Shown here: positions 60,639 through 64,000 of the stretch, piece after piece
Layout: the number at the start of each line of letters is the position of its first letter
How positions within the stretch are numbered: position 1 is the stretch's first letter
Source: an uncultured delta proteobacterium
GTDB lineage: Bacteria; Desulfobacterota; Binatia; UBA9968
Length of the DNA: 64,000 nt
Direction of reading: 5' to 3'
Assembly (NCBI GenBank): GCA_963745835.1
Contig: CAVUZH010000003.1
Coordinates: 896,001 to 960,000, forward strand
The notes under the pieces: generated by a model
What the model was told of the DNA's origin: nothing
The model's database searches: none
Seen by the model: only the letters and a program-made list of their open reading frames with translations
Made by a program: the position numbers and the translations under genes

Positions 60639-60902
60639 TTAAATCAGATTCCACAGATCCTTAATCTTTCTCTGCAGTGTGCGCTCGCACTCGGCTTCCC
60701 TTCCCGAAACGTGAACCTGAGATTCCGAAAGTCGGAACAGGAGGACCCGCGAGCCTTTTGTCAGCCGTAAGAGAAACGTATTGGAATCGCCGTCATAATC
60801 GACGTCCACGGTCACTTGTTGATCTATCCGACGGGCGACACGGTTGGCCCAAGCCGCCACTTCGGGAGCCGCCGCGTCGCCTTTTTTTTCAGCTAACATC
60901 AA
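60639..60902 (-). CDS. Hypothetical protein
   Basis: 87-aa ORF directly downstream of, and co-oriented with, the SBP gene. Protein-like composition but no motif recognised. Confidence 0.55.
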   Translation of the reverse strand: MMLAEKKGDAAAPEVAAWANRVARRIDQQVTVDVDYDGDSNTFLLRLTKGSRVLLFRLSESQVHVSGREAECERTLQRKIKDLWNLI

Positions 60903-60917
60903 CGGCCGGGTTGACGT

Positions 60918-61928
60918 TTATTTCTTCTTGTAGAGCCCGTCGATAAAGCCGCTCTGCTCGAGTTCACGGATGAAAGTAAAGTCCACGAATTGTTCCGGCT
61001 TAGCTGTCTTTGCGCGGGGATCGCGTTCACCGATATCTTCCATGACCGTTTTTAGGCCCTCGAGACTCGGAATCTGTTTTTTCGGTAGCAACGCTTCAGT
61101 CAGGATATTCTCGCGGCTCTTCTCCAGGATCTCACGGTCGACATTGCTTCCCATGTACTTGCCCAAGGTTTTTACGGTGGCCTCTTTATCGGTCCAAATT
61201 CTGTGTACGGCCTCTACGTGGGATTTAACATATCTCCGGACTATATCAGGATTTTCACGAATAAATCTGCGCGTTGTTGCCACGCCGGTATGTTGAAACA
61301 CCAAGCCCATTTGCGCCACGTCCGCTACCACCGCTAACCCCTTTTTCTCGGCGATGAAGTTAGAAGGAGGATTTATGACGGCGGCAGTGACTCGCCCGGT
61401 CAAGAGCGCGCCTAGCCGGTCTGGTCCACTGCCGACCTGTACTAGAGTGACGTCCTTGCCCGGGGTAAGGCCAATCTTTCTCAGCGCGAACCGGGCAATC
61501 GAATCCGTTGCTGAGCCGAAACGGCTAATTGCTACGGTCCCACCTTTAAGTTGTTCGCCGCTTTTGATCCCCGCCTTTCCCATCAGAACATAATTTAGCG
61601 ATGTCATCCCCGCAGCAATGAACACAGCGTCAGAACCGGCCAAAGCGCTGTTAACCAAGCCCGGTCCGGACACCTGCGTGACCGGAACATCGTTGGAAAC
61701 CAGCGCAAGGATTGCCGTGGTGCCGCCGGTGAAAAAAATCAACTGGGCATCTAGACCATTCTGAGCGAAAATTCCGGTTTCCTTCGCGACCCACGCCGGG
61801 AGTTGATCGGCGCTGACTGCGCTATACCCCACGTTGATTCGAGCCGATTGGGCACCGGCAAACGAGGGGAGAGTTAAAAAACATGCTACCGACAACAACG
61901 CGGCAGCGTATGCTCTGAAAAGTCTCAT
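60918..61928 (-). CDS. ABC transporter substrate-binding protein (NMT1/SsuA-like)
   Basis: Signal peptide, PAWVAKETGIF..NGLD, LKGGTVAISRFGS, FVDFTFIREL. Confidence 0.85.
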   Translation of the reverse strand: MRLFRAYAAALLSVACFLTLPSFAGAQSARINVGYSAVSADQLPAWVAKETGIFAQNGLDAQLIFFTGGTTAILALVSNDVPVTQVSGPGLVNSALAGSDAVFIAAGMTSLNYVLMGKAGIKSGEQLKGGTVAISRFGSATDSIARFALRKIGLTPGKDVTLVQVGSGPDRLGALLTGRVTAAVINPPSNFIAEKKGLAVVADVAQMGLVFQHTGVATTRRFIRENPDIVRRYVKSHVEAVHRIWTDKEATVKTLGKYMGSNVDREILEKSRENILTEALLPKKQIPSLEGLKTVMEDIGERDPRAKTAKPEQFVDFTFIRELEQSGFIDGLYKKK

Positions 61929-61977
61929 CGGGTCCTCCAGAAGGAATCTAGGTAAACAGTACTAGACCAAGGAGCTC

Positions 61978-62017
61978 CAAACAAGCAAGCCCGTGCCGAG
62001 GCAGGGCTTGCTGTTTG
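61978..62017 (-). terminator. Hairpin, probable intrinsic terminator after the peroxiredoxin gene
   Basis: Inverted repeat AGCAAGCCC-TGCC..GGCA-C-GGGCTTGCT followed by TGTTT on the minus strand, about 60 nt past stop 62078. Confidence 0.6.
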
Positions 62018-62077
62018 TTGTTGGATGGTTTTCAGGTTCAAAGCAAGGTGATCGTGCGGGATGAGTTGTGACCGATT

Positions 62078-62626
62078 CTAACTGCCTTTGTTGACCTTTT
62101 TAACTTCGGCAAGCAACTCTTCAGTGGAGAGAAGATCCTTCGGCCCATTGCTCGGACGGACGTTGAAGTAACGTACCACGCCCTCCTTATCGATAATAAT
62201 GTATGAACGCTTCGCTTGACGTCTTTCTTGGTCGAAAACGCCGAACGTCGTCATGGTTTTTCCGCTTGCATCGCTGAGTAGCGGGTAATTGATCTTGGCG
62301 AAATCGGCAAAGGCCTTCTGTGAGAAGGGGCTGTTAACACTAATTCCCAAGACTTCGGTATTTTCCGCTTGAAACTGCTGGTAGTTGTCCGAACCGGACG
62401 CTTGCAGATCCTGTATTCAGGTAGGACTAAAGTCCAGAACGTAAAAGTTGATAAGAACATTCTTGCCCTTGAGACTACTCAACTTTAGTTTGCCGCCTTT
62501 GCTGCTCTCAAGCTCAAAGTCAGGCGCCTTATCGCCGACCTCGAGCGCCGGTGCTACGGAACTTGCGCCGACAATCACAGCTATTGCTATCGCCAATGAA
62601 AACATGAATTTTTCGGTTGATTTCAT
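62078..62626 (-). CDS. Selenocysteine-containing peroxiredoxin (AhpC/TSA family) with signal peptide; TGA at 62417-62419
   Basis: SD AAGGAGG and ATG 62626. Reads VGDKAPDF..LINFYVLDFSPT-TGA-IQDLQ..EVLGISV..YPLLSD..KRSYIIIDKEG. ORFs 62417-62659 and 62078-62350 are in the same frame with no other stop between them. Confidence 0.88.
62387..62399 (-). promoter_or_regulatory. Bacterial SECIS-like hairpin (peroxiredoxin)
   Basis: mRNA GTCC-GGTTC-GGAC. The loop begins with GG, 21 nt after the UGA. Confidence 0.65.
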
Positions 62627-62990
62627 AACTTCCTCCTTTTGACGAAAACTTCTGGTCAATATTCGTAAAATTTACCGCTTTATCTCTCAGTTCATGGGTA
62701 CTGTCAACTGCAACAAGAGAACAAGTATGTGTTGATGTTCATGGGGCGCTTTAGTTGATTGACGGAGGTGAGAGAACTAATCCCACTCGCCGATCGTTAA
62801 CACATGCGATCCTGTGAGACAGCCGGACGATATGACGGAATTCTAAGGCCCGAATGCGCTCTTTCGCCGTATATGCTGAGAACGTTACCAAGTAACCTAT
62901 GTCACGGCGATGATGCGCCGACTAAAGTCCAAAGTCACTTTCCGAAGTCACCAACTCGATGGCAAGAGCGCTCTAAGAAGACTGGCCGAA

Positions 62991-63593
62991 TTAGAGAATC
63001 GCCTTGATCGCGGATCGTTGTTTCATTCGCTCGACATAGCTTGCCAACCGCGGCAGCGACTTATCCGGCAATACGCCGAAACCTTCGAGCCGAATAAAGC
63101 GGGGAATCAGGGCTGCGTCGGCAAGTGAAAAATCTCCTACCAAGTAGGATTGATCGCCGATCTCATTCTCCAGTCTTTGCAGCATTCTTCTAAGCTCGGT
63201 CTGCGCCCCCGCGATCACATCCTTATTTTGTTCCTTCTCATCTTTCACCATTTCCATGCGTAGTTTTTGATATTGACCCTCCAGATGGGTTAATCCGTAA
63301 TCGGTCAAGATGCGAGCTTTGGCTTTTTTAGCGGGGTCCTGCGGCATGAGGGGCGGTGTTGGATATTTCTCGTCAAGGTATTCATTGATGATACAGGATT
63401 CATACAACACCGTGTCGCCATCAGTGATCACGGGGACTTTTCCATTTGGATTCAGTTTGAGGAATTCAGGCGTTTTTTGCGCATGCGCTCTCAGGTCAAC
63501 GGGAACTGTTTCGTAAGGCAGATTTTTTTCCGCCAGAACAACCCGTACCCGTTGGCAATTAGGTGACGACTTAAAATCATATAGCTTGATCAT
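62991..63593 (-). CDS. Glutathione S-transferase family protein
   Basis: KLYDFKSSPNCQRVR, LNPNGKVP, YESCIINEYLDE, FSLADA. Confidence 0.92.
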   Translation of the reverse strand: MIKLYDFKSSPNCQRVRVVLAEKNLPYETVPVDLRAHAQKTPEFLKLNPNGKVPVITDGDTVLYESCIINEYLDEKYPTPPLMPQDPAKKAKARILTDYGLTHLEGQYQKLRMEMVKDEKEQNKDVIAGAQTELRRMLQRLENEIGDQSYLVGDFSLADAALIPRFIRLEGFGVLPDKSLPRLASYVERMKQRSAIKAIL

Positions 63594-63731
63594 TGTCTGT
63601 CCTTTCTAGATCAGGATTGATACCGCACTTATACTGAGATTCCGTTTAAACGCAAAGGCGAAGCTGAAAACTCGCTTGATATGGCCAGTCTTTGATGTTA
63701 AGCGAATAGCGATTGGCCGGATTGTTTTCCG

Positions 63732-64000
63732 ATGAGCGCGGAAGAAGCAGCTGCTACAAAGATCGTTACCGGGATAAAACAAGCCGGTATCAATTTGATC
63801 GCCACTTTGCCCGACGTCAACCTAGCGCAGCTGCTGCATGCTGTCGATGAAGACCCCGATCTTCTACACGTGCCACTGTGCCGCGAGGAGGAAGGAATCG
63901 GGATCTGCGCAGGGGCCTATCTTGTCGGAAAGAAGTGTGCCGCGGTGATGCAGAACGGTGGCTTCTTCAACAGTAATAATGCCATCATCAGCACGCTCTT
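63732..64000 (+). CDS. ThDP-dependent decarboxylase alpha subunit (sulfopyruvate decarboxylase ComD-like), partial
   Basis: ATG 63732 gives MSAEEAAATKIVTGIKQAGINLIATLPD..VPLCREEEGIGICAGAYLVGKK..VMQNGGFFN, running off the window end. Confidence 0.8.
   Translation, partial: MSAEEAAATKIVTGIKQAGINLIATLPDVNLAQLLHAVDEDPDLLHVPLCREEEGIGICAGAYLVGKKCAAVMQNGGFFNSNNAIISTL

Noticed and set aside
62078-62659. Two separate small genes or a split pseudogene
   Set aside because: Same frame, a single TGA at the peroxidatic position, and a SECIS-like hairpin: one selenoprotein is the simpler reading.
1-64000. The many short antisense or alternate-frame ORFs in the ORF track; CRISPR, tRNA, rRNA, IS elements
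   Set aside because: The short ORFs overlap well-supported genes and lack motifs. No repeat-spacer array, structural RNA or transposase was recognised.

Overview
Bacterial genomic window with no rRNA, tRNA, CRISPR array or mobile element recognised. The gene content suggests a deltaproteobacterium-like lineage such as Ca. Binatia (inference only). (1) ~0.3-44.9 kb is one co-oriented (+ strand) glyco-tailoring cluster of about 35 genes. It encodes GT4, GT2 and GT-C glycosyltransferases, a flippase-like membrane protein, three Gfo/Idh/MocA and two SDR oxidoreductases, an AGE-family epimerase, a lactonase, two AsnB-type amidotransferases, two radical SAM enzymes, and an ACP, AMP-ligase and acyltransferase. 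It also has two HPr-kinase-like kinases, two nucleotidyltransferase-fold proteins, two atypical phosphodiesterase-fold proteins and two degenerate RelA/SpoT-type HD proteins. At its centre is a PqqD/RRE protein fused to a C-terminal tail carrying a lasso-leader-like YxxPxL motif. Several decayed paralogue remnants are interspersed, including a dead GT2-PqqD copy. This RRE-peptide fusion with kinases, nucleotidyltransferases and glycosyltransferases is the best candidate for an undescribed system (a peptide- or carrier-linked glycan pathway). (2) 45.4-49.4 kb holds a degenerate NtrC-like protein, an ExeA-like ATPase and a UDP-sugar epimerase. (3) 49.4-64 kb is housekeeping: Nit1-like amidase, ornithine cyclodeaminase family, dpp-like ABC transporter, ccsA-hemACDB, a substrate-binding protein and a GST. 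It also holds two selenoprotein genes that the ORF track truncates or splits at an in-frame TGA, each followed by a SECIS-like hairpin: a GST (CHTUPY) and a probably exported peroxiredoxin (FSPTU). Five isolated +1 frameshifts in otherwise intact genes look like sequencing errors.
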